This document shows, piece by piece, positions 25,463-37,772 of a stretch of DNA of 64,000 nucleotides (positions are counted from its first letter, which is position 1; every line of letters starts with the position of its first letter). The notes under the pieces were generated by a model that was not told the DNA's origin, searched no databases, and saw only the letters and a list, made by a program, of their open reading frames with translations. Source of the stretch: Somniosus microcephalus (taxonomy: Eukaryota); the NCBI GenBank assembly GCA_052327205.1, contig CM126235.1, positions 3,286,001 through 3,350,000 of the forward strand, given 5' to 3'. The position numbers and the translations under genes are program-made.

Positions 25463-26375
25463 AAACCAAATTCCACAAGTATGCCAGTTCTTTGCAGGGA
25501 ATGTTGAAATGTGACATTTCTAAAATCTGGAAGCTTGTGGCAGAGCGGTTTAATTTGATCCTAAACGCTCAGGTTTCCAGTAATGCACCTTCTGCCGATG
25601 GTCACTCATTCACCGAGACTCTTCCACTTAAATATCACTTGTTGCCAATGTTCCCCCTTCCTGTAAATGCTGATTCTTGCTGGCGTGCAGTGCTATAGAC
25701 TCTCAAGTATCCTTCTGTAGTGCCACTGAGATCAGTTGTAGCACGCTAACTGCTGCGCTGGCTGAAATCGGCCAATTCACCACAGACCAGGATCAAACCT
25801 GCATTGTATGGCTTGGAGTCTTCACTCACTGTGCCACAGGAGGAGTTATAGTCGCTGGTTTTGCCCGTATCCGCTCTTGGGTTCTGGACTTGAATTACTA
25901 ATAGTAACATTGTAAAATTCTGTCTAGTAATGGATCATTAAAAGACTTGTGGTTGTGTTGTGGGGGGATAGAGGTGAATAGGTAACGGTGGGACAGAGCT
26001 CTGTCCTTTTAACTATTGGGACCTGGGTTTGAATCTAGCCTAATCTGATGGGATGAAATCCTGTTCTCTCTGCCTCTCTGACCTTGCTGTAAGGCTCCAA
26101 GTGAAATGACCCTCAACCCTACAACTAGTGGACTCCAGGACCACAGCACTAAACTGTGGTTCTGCATAGATTTAGCACTAAACTGTCTCTCATTCACAGA
26201 AGTCATGTGGATGGATTGCATGGAAAAATACTAATTTTTTTCCTCACAAAGTTAGACTACTAACATGATGAATTCAGAGTGTGAAAAGGTGATAAAACTG
26301 AGCGACAATTGTTCCAGTCTAGATGCCTAGTGATTGAAGTGATGAGCACTTGCTGTACTGTTTTACTCTCAACAG

Positions 26376-26685
26376 GACATTCTCGAGGGAGGGAACTTGC
26401 GAAATGCCCTTCAGGAGCTGCAGCAGATAATTATAACCCCGATCAAAGCTTACACCCCACCTCAGCTGGCCCCCAAAGAGGGGCACAACACAGACCCCAA
26501 TAACCCCTCCAATGCTATACCTGGACTGGGCACAGACAGCCGATCGGCCAAAGCAGCTGCCGAAAAGGAATCGACGTCTGATGGCTTTCAGTCCCAGAGT
26601 GTCTCGACATGCGATGGAGAGTCAGCAGCAGCCCCGGTATCTGAAGGTGACATTCCTGGACAGTTCACCAGGGTCATGGGGAAAG
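26376..26685 (+). CDS. SAMD4B: SAMD4B coding exon (PHAT region)
   Basis: caacag|GACATT...GGGAAAG|gttagt; encodes DILEGGNLRNALQELQQIIITPIKAY...EGDIPGQFTRVMGK. Confidence 0.95.
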
Positions 26686-27772
26686 GTTAGTTCTTAACTT
26701 TTTAACTGGGGAAAGACCAAATGGGAGTAAACAGGAGGGTCCTGGCCCTCTTCAGAACTCTGAAGGTATCGCGGAACAAGGTGTAGAAACACAAATTGCA
26801 AGTCGTTTGGTTGTTCAGGTTCAGTTTTACTTGGATCGTGAGCAGCAGCAGCTGCAGCCATTTTGTTTCCCAGTTGCCCGTAAGGTCTCTAACCTCTGAT
26901 TCTTGACTGGCTGCCCGCTGGTACCTCCTAACCTTCTCCACGTTGGTGCCTGGACTCTATTGGGGAGGGGCTGTTGATTCTGGGGATCACTGGATAGTTT
27001 TTCTTTAATTGTTTAAGACTTTATTTGGGCGATTTTGTGCAGTTTTAACCACCTTGCCCTCAAAAGAGCCTTGGTGCATTCCAGAGAGCTTGCAGAAAGA
27101 GAGGCCAGGGTTATTCTGGCACTTGGAAGATAGTAGTTGGACTGAAATTGGCTTTTAACCAACTGATATGAAAAAAAATGGATCGAGTTTTATGATTATT
27201 GACTCCTTTTTGAAAAGGGCCTCGATGTTTGGTTTTGAAAACCATTGAAAGCATTACGGTAAGTGCAGGCTGGGTGGCCCACAGACCGTGGAAACTGTCC
27301 ATGTTTTTTAAGGAGCGGGCTGAATAGTATTAATTGTACATGCACCACCTCCTCCTTTCATCCCAGTGTGTTGAAATCAAGACTCTTTGCATTGTCGTCT
27401 TCTCTAACTCATTCTTTCCAAGAGCTCCAAACAGTGGAACTCCTTGCTTCCCTTAATCTTCCATTCTTCTTGCAACATAAGCAGCTAGTCACTGCTTCCT
27501 GGTATACCTCATTTTCTCTCTTGACTCTTGCTGCACTTGGCTTGTCACCTAGCTCCCTCAATAATAGCCTCCTTCCAAGTTTTCTCATGCTCCCGATGTC
27601 TTTATGGTTAAGGGCAGGTGACCTTGTATATTGGCACGCTGGGCAATAAACTGTGCGACAGTGTGGCTACTTTGGAGGAGAGGGTGAAAGAATGGAAATG
27701 ATTTCTGTATTGATTGTAGAATTTAGTCCTGGAGAGTGGATTTTAATGCTTTCATCTCTTGTTTTCCTCCAG

Positions 27773-27858
27773 TTTGCACTCAGCTGCTGGTGTCCAGACC
27801 AGATGAAGAAAATATAAGCTCTTACTTGCAGCTGCTAGAGAAGTGCCTGGCTCATGAG
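27773..27858 (+). CDS. SAMD4B: SAMD4B coding exon (PHAT region)
   Basis: cctccag|TTTGC...CATGAG|gtgagt; encodes [29 protein letters not shown]. Confidence 0.96.
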
Positions 27859-27877
27859 GTGAGTACGTGCATGTTAT

Positions 27878-30691
27878 GATGAGGATACCGTCCTGTGTTA
27901 ATGGTATTGGATGCAGATACTGTCCTGTGGTGATGGTACAGGATGAGGATACCGTCCTGTGTTAATGGTATAGGATGGGGATACCGTCCTGTGGTGATGG
28001 TACAGGATGGGGATACCGTCCTGTGGTGATGGTATAGGATGGGGATACCGTCCTGTGGTGATGGTATAGGATGAGGATACCGTCCTGTGTTAATGGTATA
28101 GGATGGGGATACCGTCCTGTGGTGATGGTACAGGATGGGGATACCGTCCTGTGGTGATGGTATAGGATGGGGATACCGTCCTGTGGTGATGGTATAGGAT
28201 GAGGATACCGTCCTGTGGTGATGGTACAGGATGGGGATACCGTCCTGTGGTGATGGTATAGGATGGGGATACCGTCCTGTGGTGATGGTACAGGATGAGG
28301 ATACCGTCCTGTGGTGATGGTATAGGATGAGGATACCGTCCTGTGGTGATGGTATAGGATGGGGATACCGTCCTGTGGTGATGGTACAGGATGAGGATAC
28401 CGTCCTGTGGTGATGGTATAGGATGAGGATACCGTCCTATGGTGATGGTACAGGATGGGGATACCGTCCTGTGGTGATGGTATAGGATGAGGATACCGTC
28501 CTGTGGTGATGGTATAGGATGGGGATACCGTCCTGTGGTGATGGTACAGGATGAGGATACCGTCCTGTGGTGATGGTATAGGATGGGGATACCGTCCTGT
28601 GGTGATGGTATAGGATGAGGATACCGTCCTGTGGTGATGGTACAGGATGGGGATACCGTCCTGTGGTGATGGTATAGGATGGGGATACCGTCCTGTGGTG
28701 ATGGTACAGGATGGGGATACTGTCCTGTGGTGATGGTATAGGATGGGGATACCGTCCTGTGGTGATGGTATAGGATGAGGATACCGTCCTGTGGTGATGG
28801 TACAGGATGGGGATACCGTCCTGTGGTGATGGTATAGGATGAGGATACCGTCCTGTGGTGATGGTACAGGATGGGGATACCGTCCTGTGGTGATGGTATA
28901 GGATGCGGTTACCGTCCTGTGGTGATGGTACAGGATGAGGATACCGTCCTGTGGTGATGGTATAGGATGAGGATACCGTCCTGTGGTGATGGTATAGGAT
29001 GGGGATACCGTCCTGTGGTGATGGTATAGGATGAGGATACCGTCCTGTGGTGATGGTATAGGATGAGGATACCGTCCTGTGGTGATGGTATAGGATGCGG
29101 TTACCGTCCTGTGGTGATGGTATAGGATGAGGATACTGTCCTGTGGTGATGGTATAGGATGAGGATACCGTCCTGTGGTGATAGTACAGGATGGGGATAC
29201 CGTCCTGTGGTGATGGTATAGGATGAGGATACCGTCCTGTAGTGATGGTATAGGATGAGGATACTGTCCTGTGGTGATGGTATAGGATGCGGATACCGTC
29301 CTGTGGTGATGGTATAGGATGGGGATACCGTCCTGTGGTGATGGTATAGGATGAGGATACCGTCCTGTGGTGATGGTATAGGATGAGGATACCGTCCTGT
29401 GGTGATGGTATAGGATGAGGATACCGTCCTGTGGTGATGGTATAGGATGAGGATACCGTCCTGTGGTGATGGTATAGGATGAGGATACCGTCCTGTGGTG
29501 ATGGTATAGGATGGGGATACCGTCCTGTGGTGATGGTATAGGATGGGGATACCGTCCTGTGGTGATGGTATAGGATGGGGATACCGTCCTGTGGTGATGG
29601 TATAGGATGAGGATACCGTCCTGTGGTGATGGTATAGGATGAGGATACCGTCCTGTGGTGATGGTATAGGATGGGGATACCGTCCTGTGGTGATGGTATA
29701 GGATGAGGATACCGTCCTGTGGTGATGGTATAGGATGAGGATACCGTCCTGTGGTGATGGTATAGGATGCGGTTACCGTCCTGTGGTGATGGTATAGGAT
29801 GAGGATACCGTCCTGTGGTGATGGTATAGGATGAGGATACTGTCCTGTGGTGATGGTATAGGATGAGGATACCGTCCTGTGGTGATGGTACAGGATGGGG
29901 ATACCGTCCTGTGGTGATGGTATAGGATGAGGATACCGTCCTGTAGTGATGGTATAGGATGAGGATACTGTCCTGTGGTGATGGTATAGGATGCGGATAC
30001 CGTCCTGTGGTGATGGTATAGGATGGGGATACCGTCCTGTGGTGATGGTATAGGATGAGGATACCGTCCTGTGGTGATGGTATAGGATGAGGATACCGTC
30101 CTGTGGTGATGGTATAGGATGAGGATACCGTCCTGTGGTGATGGTATAGGATGAGGATACCGTCCTGTGGTGATGGTATAGGATGAGGATACCGTCCTGT
30201 GGTGATGGTATAGGATGGGGATACCGTCCTGTGGTGATGGTATAGGATGGGGATACCGTCCTGTGGTGATGGTATAGGATGGGGATACCGTCCTGTGGTG
30301 ATGGTATAGGATGAGGATACCGTCCTGTGGTGATGGTATAGGATGAGGATACCGTCCTGTGGTGATGGTATAGGATGGGGATACCGTCCTGTGGTGATGG
30401 TATAGGATGAGGATACCGTCCTGTGGTGATGGTACAGGATGGGGATACCGTCCTGTGGTGATGGTATAGGATGAGGATACCGTCCTGTAGTGATGGTATA
30501 GGATGAGGATACTGTCCTGTGGTGATGGTATAGGATGCGGTTACCGTCCTGTGGTGATGGTATAGGATGGGGATACCGTCCTGTGGTGATGGTATAGGAT
30601 GAGGATACCGTCCTGTGGTGATGGTATAGGATGAGGATACTGTCCTGTGGTGATGGTATAGGATGCGAATACCGACCTGTGATGATGGTAT
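27878..30691. repeat. 32-bp minisatellite (GGATGRGGATACCGTCCTGTGGTGATGGTAYA), about 88 copies
   Basis: Direct reading; 32-aa (3-unit) periodicity in the minus-strand ORF. Confidence 0.98.
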
Positions 30692-30929
30692 GTCCTTGAA
30701 ATGCACATCCCTTTCCATTTTCTAGAACGGGTTTCCTTTTTCAGAAGAATTGATCAACCTGGCGGAACAGACTCGAGGGGCTGAATGGCCTACTCCTGTT
30801 CCTATGTTCCATTCCAAGCCCAAGCCCCACAGCAGTGGCCTAATTCGAATCTGCAAAGCAAAATGGACTAATGATCCCATATCTAATTTCTCTTTTTGTC
30901 TTTCAATTCTACTCCCTCTTGGGGACAAT

Positions 30930-31415
30930 AGAACTTGCATTTATCTTGCATCTTTCAGAACATCCCAAAGTGATTCGCAGCCAATGAATTACTTTTGAAG
31001 TGTGGTCGCTGATGCTTTGTAGGCTAATGCGGCAGCCGATTTGCGCACAGCAAGACCCCACAAACAGCAATAAAATAAATGACCCGATACAGACATGATG
31101 GGTCGAATGGCCTCCTTCTGTGTCGTAAATTTCTATGATCTGTGTTTGGTGCTGGTTGAGGAAGGAATATTGGCCAGGAGAACTCCCTGGTCTTTGGAAT
31201 AATGCCGTGTAATCTTTTACATCCACCTGAACCGGTAGATAGGGCGCAGGTTTAATGCTGCATCCAGTAGCACTGCCTCAGTGCTGCAGTGTGTCAGCCT
31301 GAAATCATGCACTGGCGTCTTGGAGTGGGGCTGGAAGCCTTGACCGCCTGACTGAGAGGCGAGAATGCCTTGACCGCCTGACTGAGAGGCGAGAATGCTG
31401 CCACTGAGCTAAGCT
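30930..31415 (-). mobile_element. Degenerate DeuSINE with a nested CR1-tail fragment and a short tandem duplication
   Basis: Tail at 30930; CR1-type tail at about 31090-31137; gccttgaccgcctgactgagaggcgagaat twice at about 31337-31397. Confidence 0.7.
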
Positions 31416-32456
31416 GACATGTGCAGACATGAACGTTGCTGGAATATGGCCTCTGGTACCAAGGGCCCTGCAGTGTGTCACCCAACTGGCCATTCCTCAT
31501 GTTGGGTTAGACTGTGGATGGATCACCGCCGACTCGATCCTATTCTCTCCTGGTGTCCACACTCGCACTTTCCAGCGAGTCACTGGATAGTGGTCGGGAG
31601 CTGGGACCCTGGTTGGCCCGATTCTTCCCTTTATGCCGAGCCCAAGTACGCTGGTGCAAGTTGTCACCCTCCGACTGGAGCCCTTGCTGATGTCTGCTCA
31701 CTTGCCACATACTGGGTTTTCTTTCTGAAAAATTCTGCTTTACGTCGGTGTTGCTGCGTGATGAATCAGTTCAGGCTGTGTTTTGTAGGTTGATGGGGAT
31801 GTTGTGATCTAGCGAATTCTGCATTGTTGAGCTAATACAATTCGTTCAGACGTCTCAATTGTCACTCACGGCTACAATTGCTCCTTCTTGTTTTTTTTAA
31901 TGTACATTTTTAAACTCCACACACACACACACACACACATACACATACTTTCTGGACAAGTTGTTCCCCCCCCCCCTCCCACCTTCTCTAATTTGTCTCT
32001 GTTCTTTCTGACACCTTGTAGCCCAGAGGGCAGGTGGCTGGCCTGCTGCCATTGCCCCATCACCAGGGCACAAGCTGCTCGTAGGTCTCGGGGAATGCCA
32101 TGGAATGGTTCTCCCATCCTGGCGGAAGATGCTGCAACTTATGCTCAGTAGTGCAGTTCGCCAGGACTCAAACTTGCACCAGTTCCCACCCTGTGAACTA
32201 AACATTGCCACCAGTGGTCACTCTTGGGTTCCTGATGTGTAAGTGTATTTACAATAGCACTGTCCTGCTCAAAATGTTACTCCTTATCTGTTCCACACCA
32301 GAGTGCGCACATTACATACTGTGTTGTATAAGGAACAACAGAATCGAGCTGTCTGCAGTCCTGAATGATTTTCATCTCTTAAAATAAGTGACCGGGAAAC
32401 CGCACAAACTACATATGTACTGCTTGGGGATCACATTTATCTGTCATTTCTTTCAG

Positions 32457-32572
32457 GCATTTACTGAAACACAGAAGAAAAGGCTATTCTCGTGGAAGCA
32501 GCAAGTGTTTAAGCTGCTGAGGTCTTTTCCTAGAAAGGCTTTGTTGGAGATGCCAGGTGTCCGTCAGAGAAG
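32457..32572 (+). CDS. SAMD4B: SAMD4B coding exon
   Basis: ctttcag|GCATTT...AGAAG|gtaagt; encodes [38 protein letters not shown]. Confidence 0.95.
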
Positions 32573-32686
32573 GTAAGTTTTCTGTCATAGAGGAGATCTG
32601 GAAATCTGAAATAAAGGCTTCACAGCACAGCCTGCAATATCTGGAACCTAGTTGGCATTTTGGGAGGAGACCCTTTATCAGCTTTC

Positions 32687-32722
32687 GGTTCTGATGAAGG
32701 GTCTTCTCTTGAAACGTTAGCC
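32687..32722 (+). ncRNA. Minimal type I hammerhead ribozyme motif in a Penelope remnant
   Basis: GGUU-CUGAUGA-AGGG(UCUUC)UCUU-GAAA-CG-U-U-AGCC; stems I and II pair; palindromic ACGU helix III. Confidence 0.65.
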
Positions 32723-33204
32723 CCTTATTCTTCTGTTGGATGCTTGTGGCCCTGCTTTGCATTTCTATAGATTTACTTCAGTATGCCATTGTGATCACTG
32801 TCTGCCTTTCCCTTGCGCGCTCTTTCTCCTCTACCTTTGACTGCTGTGGCTCTCCACTCTGTGCCACTTCTTGCTATTCCTGCTCTCCCACTTGTTCCCT
32901 TTTGATTCCAGGAAGAGAATAATGAAGATCGAAAAGCAAAGGGGGTCAAGAGGGACAGACTGGTTGGTTGGGGAAATCGGTGTCGAGGGGGTTTTCAATC
33001 TCCCTCGATTTCCCAAATGTTCATTCAGAAAGTACAGATGCTGTTTAAAGAACACCAGTAGGCTTTGGGTGTGGGAGCAGGCATACCTGTGATGGGAATG
33101 TGCCGTGGAGAGGCTCCAAGCTCTCTGTAAAGGGCTATGGTTAGCCAGCTGTACTCTCGGGGCCAGTGCTGCTGAGATATGGAGCCCCCATGGGAACCGA
33201 ACTG

Positions 33205-33431
33205 AAAGAAATACTTGCATTTCTAGAGCGCCTTTCATGACCACCAGATGTCCCAAAGTGCTTTACAGCCAATGAAGTACTTTTGAAGTGTAGTCACTGT
33301 TGTAATGTGGGAAATGCAGCAGCCAATTTGCACACAGCAAGCTCCCACAAACAGCAATGTGATAATGACCAGATAATCTGTTTTTATTATGTTGGTTGAG
33401 GGATAAATATTGGCCAGGACACCGGGGAGAA
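33205..33431 (-). mobile_element. DeuSINE 3' half, split by the LINE
   Basis: Ends ...caccggggagaa and resumes at about 37773 with cccctgctcttcttcgaaatagtgcc. Confidence 0.88.
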
Positions 33432-33520
33432 ATCATAGTCATAGAGTCATAGAGTTTTACAGCACAGAAAGAGGCCCTTCGGCCCATCGTGTCTGCGCCG
33501 CCCATCCATCCCTGTCCAGT

Positions 33521-36336
33521 CTAATCCCATTTTCCAGCATTTGGTCCATAGCCTTGTATGCAATGGCATTTCAAGTGCTCATCCAAATGCTTCTTGAATG
33601 TTGTGAGGGTTCCTGCCTCTACCACCCTTTTAGGCAGTGAGTTCCAGATTCCAACCACCCTCTGGGTGAAAAAGTTCCTCCTCAAATCCCCTCTAAATCT
33701 CCTGCCCCTTACCCTGAATCTATGCCCCCTTGTTATTGACCCCCCTACTAAGGGGAAAAGTTCCTCTTTGTCTACCCTATCTATGCCCCTCATCATTTTG
33801 TACACCTCAATCAGGTCCCCCCTCAGCCTTCTTTGCTCCAAGGAAAACAACCCCAGCCTGTTTAGTCTTTCTTCATAGCTGAGGCGCTCCATCCCAGGTA
33901 ACATCCTGGTGAATCTTCTCTGCACCCTCTCCAAAGCAATCACATCCTTCCTATAGTGAGGCAACCAGAACTGCACACAGTACTCCAGCTGTGGCCTCAC
34001 CAGCGTTTTGTACAGCTCCATCATAACCTCCCTGCTCTTATATTCTATGCCTCGGCTAATGAAGGCAAGTATCCCATATGCCTTTTTAACCACCTTATCT
34101 ACCTGTTCCGCTGCCTTCAGGGATCTATGTACATGTACACCAAGGTCCCTCTGACCCTCTGTACTTCCTAGGGTCCTACCACTCATTGTGTATTCCCTTG
34201 CCTTATTTGTCCGTCCAAAAATGCATCACCTCGCACTTTTCAGGGTTAAATTCCATTTGCCACTTTTCCGCCCATCTGACCAACCCGTTTATATCGTCCT
34301 GTAGCCTGAGGCTTTCCTCCTCGCAATTTACCACCCCACCAATTTTCGTGTCATCTGCGAACTTACTGATCATACCTTTTACATTCTCATCCAAATCATT
34401 TATGTAGATCACAAACAACAAGGGACCCAGCACCGATCCCTGAGGTACCCCACTGGACACAGGCTTCCAGTCACAAAAGCAACCTTCGACCATCACCCTC
34501 TGCCTCCTGCCACTCAGCCAGTTTAGGATCCAACGCGCCAAGGCACCCTGGATCCCGTGGGCTCTTACCTTCTTGACCAGTCTCCTATGCGGGACTTTGT
34601 CAAAAGCTTTACTGAAGTCCATGTAAACCACATCCACAGCATTTCCCTCATCCACCCCCCTAGTCACCCCCTCTCAAAATTCAATCAGATTTGTCAGACA
34701 TGATTTACCCTTGACAAAGCCATGCTGACTATCCCCGATTAATCCTTGCCTCTCCAAGTGGAGACTAATTTTGTCCCTCAGAATTTTTTCCAATAATTTC
34801 CCTACCACAGATGTTAGGCTCACTGGCCTGTAATTCCCTGGTTTATCCCTGCTACCCTTCTTGTATAATGATACTACATTAGCTGTTCTCCAGTCCTCTG
34901 GTACATCCCCTGTGGCCAGAGAGGTTCTGAAAATTAGTGTCAGAGCCCCTGCAATCTCCTCCTTTGCCTCCCACAGCAGCCTGGGATACATCTCGTCCGG
35001 GCCTGGGGATTTATCCACTTTTTGGCCTGCTAAAACCGCTAGCACCTCCTCCCTCTCGATGCTAATATGTTCAAGTATGTCACAGTCCCCTTGCCCGATT
35101 TCTATGTCTGCATCGTCTTTCTCCATAGTGAACACAGATGCAAAAAATTCATTTAAAACCCCGCCTACATCATCTGGTTCTACACACAGATTGCCACTTT
35201 GGTCCCTAATGGGCCCTACCCTTTCCCTGGTTATCCTCTTGCCCTTAATATACTTATAAAACATCTTAGGATTTTCCTTTATTTTGCTCGCCAGTGTTAT
35301 TTCATGGCCCCTCCTCGCCCTCCTAATTTCTTTTTTAAGTATGCCCCTGCACTTTTTATACTCCTCTAGGGCTTCTTCCGTCTTTAGTCTTTTGTAACTG
35401 CCAAAAGCCCCCCTTTTATTTCTAATGCATTTTTGTATATCCCTTGTCATCCAAGGTTCCCTTTGCTTGTTGGTCCCACCCTTGACCTTTACAGGAACAT
35501 GTTGGCGTTGTACTCTCTCTATTTCCCTTCTGAAAGTCTCCCACTGTTTTGATGTGGATTTTCCTATAAGTAGCTGCTCCCAGTCCACTTTGGCCAGATC
35601 CTGCCTTATCATATTAAAATCGGCCTTCCCCCCAATTTAGAACCCTTATTTCCGGGCCGTCTTTGTCTTTTTCCATGACCACCTTAAATCTCACCGAATT
35701 ATGGTCACTGTCGCCAAAATGCTCTCCTACTGATACTTCCACCACTTGCCCGGCTACATTCCCCAGAATTAGGTCCAGTACCGCCCCCTCTCTTGTAGGA
35801 CTTTCTACATGTTGGCTCAAAAAGCTCTCCTGGATGCACTTTAAGAATTCTGCACCCTCTAAGCCTTTCACACTCTGTCTATCCCAGTTTATATTGGGGA
35901 AGTTGAAATCCCCCACTATTATTACCCTATTATTTTCGCACTTTTCTGAGATTTGCCTACATATCTGTTCCTCTATCTCCCCCTGACTCTTTGGGGGCCT
36001 ATAGTACACTCCCAGCAAAGTGCTTGCCCCCTTTTTGTTTTTAAGTTCTACCCATATGGCCTCATTAGAGGAACCCGCTAATATATCATCCCTCCTTACA
36101 GCAGCAATTGACTCCTTAATTAATATTGCAACACCCCCTCCCCTTTTACACCCCCCTCTGTCTCGCCTGAAGATTCTATACCCCGGAATATTGAGCTGCC
36201 AGTCCTGACCCTCCCTCAACCATGTCTCCGTGATAGCAACAATATCGTACTCCCATGTGTTCAACAACAACTTCAGTTCATCCACCTTATTTGCAAGACT
36301 CCTTGCATTAAAATAAATGCCTTCCAGCCTTGCCAT
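33521..36336 (-). pseudogene. LINE ORF2: apurinic endonuclease and reverse transcriptase; frameshifts near 35620, 34675 and 34200
   Basis: YFNARSL, ITETWL, GDFN, SDH; KSPGPD, YRPVSLTS, DFSKAFD, GVPQGSVLGP, FADD. Confidence 0.93.
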
Positions 36337-36458
36337 ATTCCCTTTTGCCCTCACATATTTTCTCTGCCTTCCCAGCTGACTTGTTTTTTCCTCTGTATTT
36401 GGCTGTAAATCACCCCCTACTATAGCTCCACTCTACCCCATCCCCCTGCCAAGTTAGT

Positions 36459-37405
36459 TTAAACCCCCCCCCCCCCAGCAGTGCTAGCAAACCTCCCCGC
36501 AAGGATATTGGTTCCCTTCTGGTTCAGGTGTAAACCGTCCGACTTGTACAAGTCCCACCTTTCCCAGAAGCAGACCCAGTGATCCAGGAAACTAAAGCCC
36601 TCCCCCCTGCACCATCCCTTTAGCCACGCATTCATCTGTTCTATCTTCCTATTCCTATACCCACTAGCACGTGGCACTGGGAGTAATCCAGAGATTACAG
36701 CCTTTGAGGTCCTGCTCTTTAATCCTTCACCTAGCTCCCTAAATTCTTGCTGCAGGACCTCATCCCTCTTTTTACCTATGTCGTTGGTACCAATGTGGAC
36801 CACGACCTCTGGCTGTTCACCCTCCCCCTCCAGAATGCCCTGCAGCCGCTCAGTGATATCCTTGACCCTGGCACCAGGGAGGCAACAAACCATCCTGGAT
36901 TCACGTCTACGGCCACAGAAACGCCTATCTGTTCCCCTTACTATAGAATCCCCTACCACTATTGCTCTCCCACTCTTTTCCCCCCCTTCCTGGGCAGCAG
37001 GAGCACCCCCAGTGCCAGGAAGTTGGCTGCTGCTGCCTTCCCCTGGTGAGTCATCCCCCTCAACAGTATCCAAAGTGGTATACTTGTTTGAGAGGGGAAT
37101 GGTCACAGGGGTCTCCTGCACTACCTGCCTGCTTCTATTGCTCCGCCTGGTGGTCACCCATTTCCTGTCTTCCTGTGCGCCCTTCCCTGCGGTGTGACCA
37201 ACTCACTAAACGTGCTATCCACGACCCTCTCAGCATCGTGAATGCTCAACAACCCATCCACCCGCAGCTCCAGCGCCTCAATGCGGTCTGCTAGTAGCTG
37301 CAGATGGATGCATCTCTGGCACACGTGGTCATCAGGGGCACCGGGGTCCCTGAATTCCCACATGGAGCAAGAGGAGCATATCACGGGGCTGGGCTCACCT
37401 GGCAT
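36459..37405 (-). pseudogene. LINE ORF1: zinc finger, coiled coil and SGNH esterase; one frameshift near 37180
   Basis: CSSC...CQRC, LQLLADRIEALELRV, GDSIVRG...CLPGARV...HIGTND...DGLHLN. Confidence 0.9.
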
Positions 37406-37772
37406 GACCTTCCCTTTAATTAATATTAATTTACTATCACCAATTAAAAATATCTCTAAGGCGCTTGTATAGTCTACCAACAGTCCCTGCTACACCAGAA
37501 AAGACCCTAGTAACTATAAACTACAGAGTTAAAGTTTAAAAAAGAGAAATACTCACCAACCAATCACTTACCTGCTCCCTGGTGACGTCACACTCTGATT
37601 ACTTTTTACCTCTCTCCTCTGCTGTTGATTTGGTACGCCTCTGCTGAATCCGCCGGTTTTAAGTGCCGCCGGTCGCGCTGCTGCTCTCCCACAGGTCCAA
37701 GCTCTCTGACCTCGCCTCTGCTGAATCCGCCGGTTTTAAGTGCCGCCGGTCGCGCTGCTGCTCTCCCACAGG

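Noticed and set aside
25126-25514. Repetitive ORFs on both strands, or a CRISPR-like array
   Set aside because: Head-to-tail 21-bp repeat with no spacers, in eukaryotic DNA with no cas genes.
27962-30718. 918-aa minus-strand ORF
   Set aside because: Translation of a 32-bp tandem repeat that lacks stops on that strand; it cycles through all three frames, is intronic and antisense, and has no domain.
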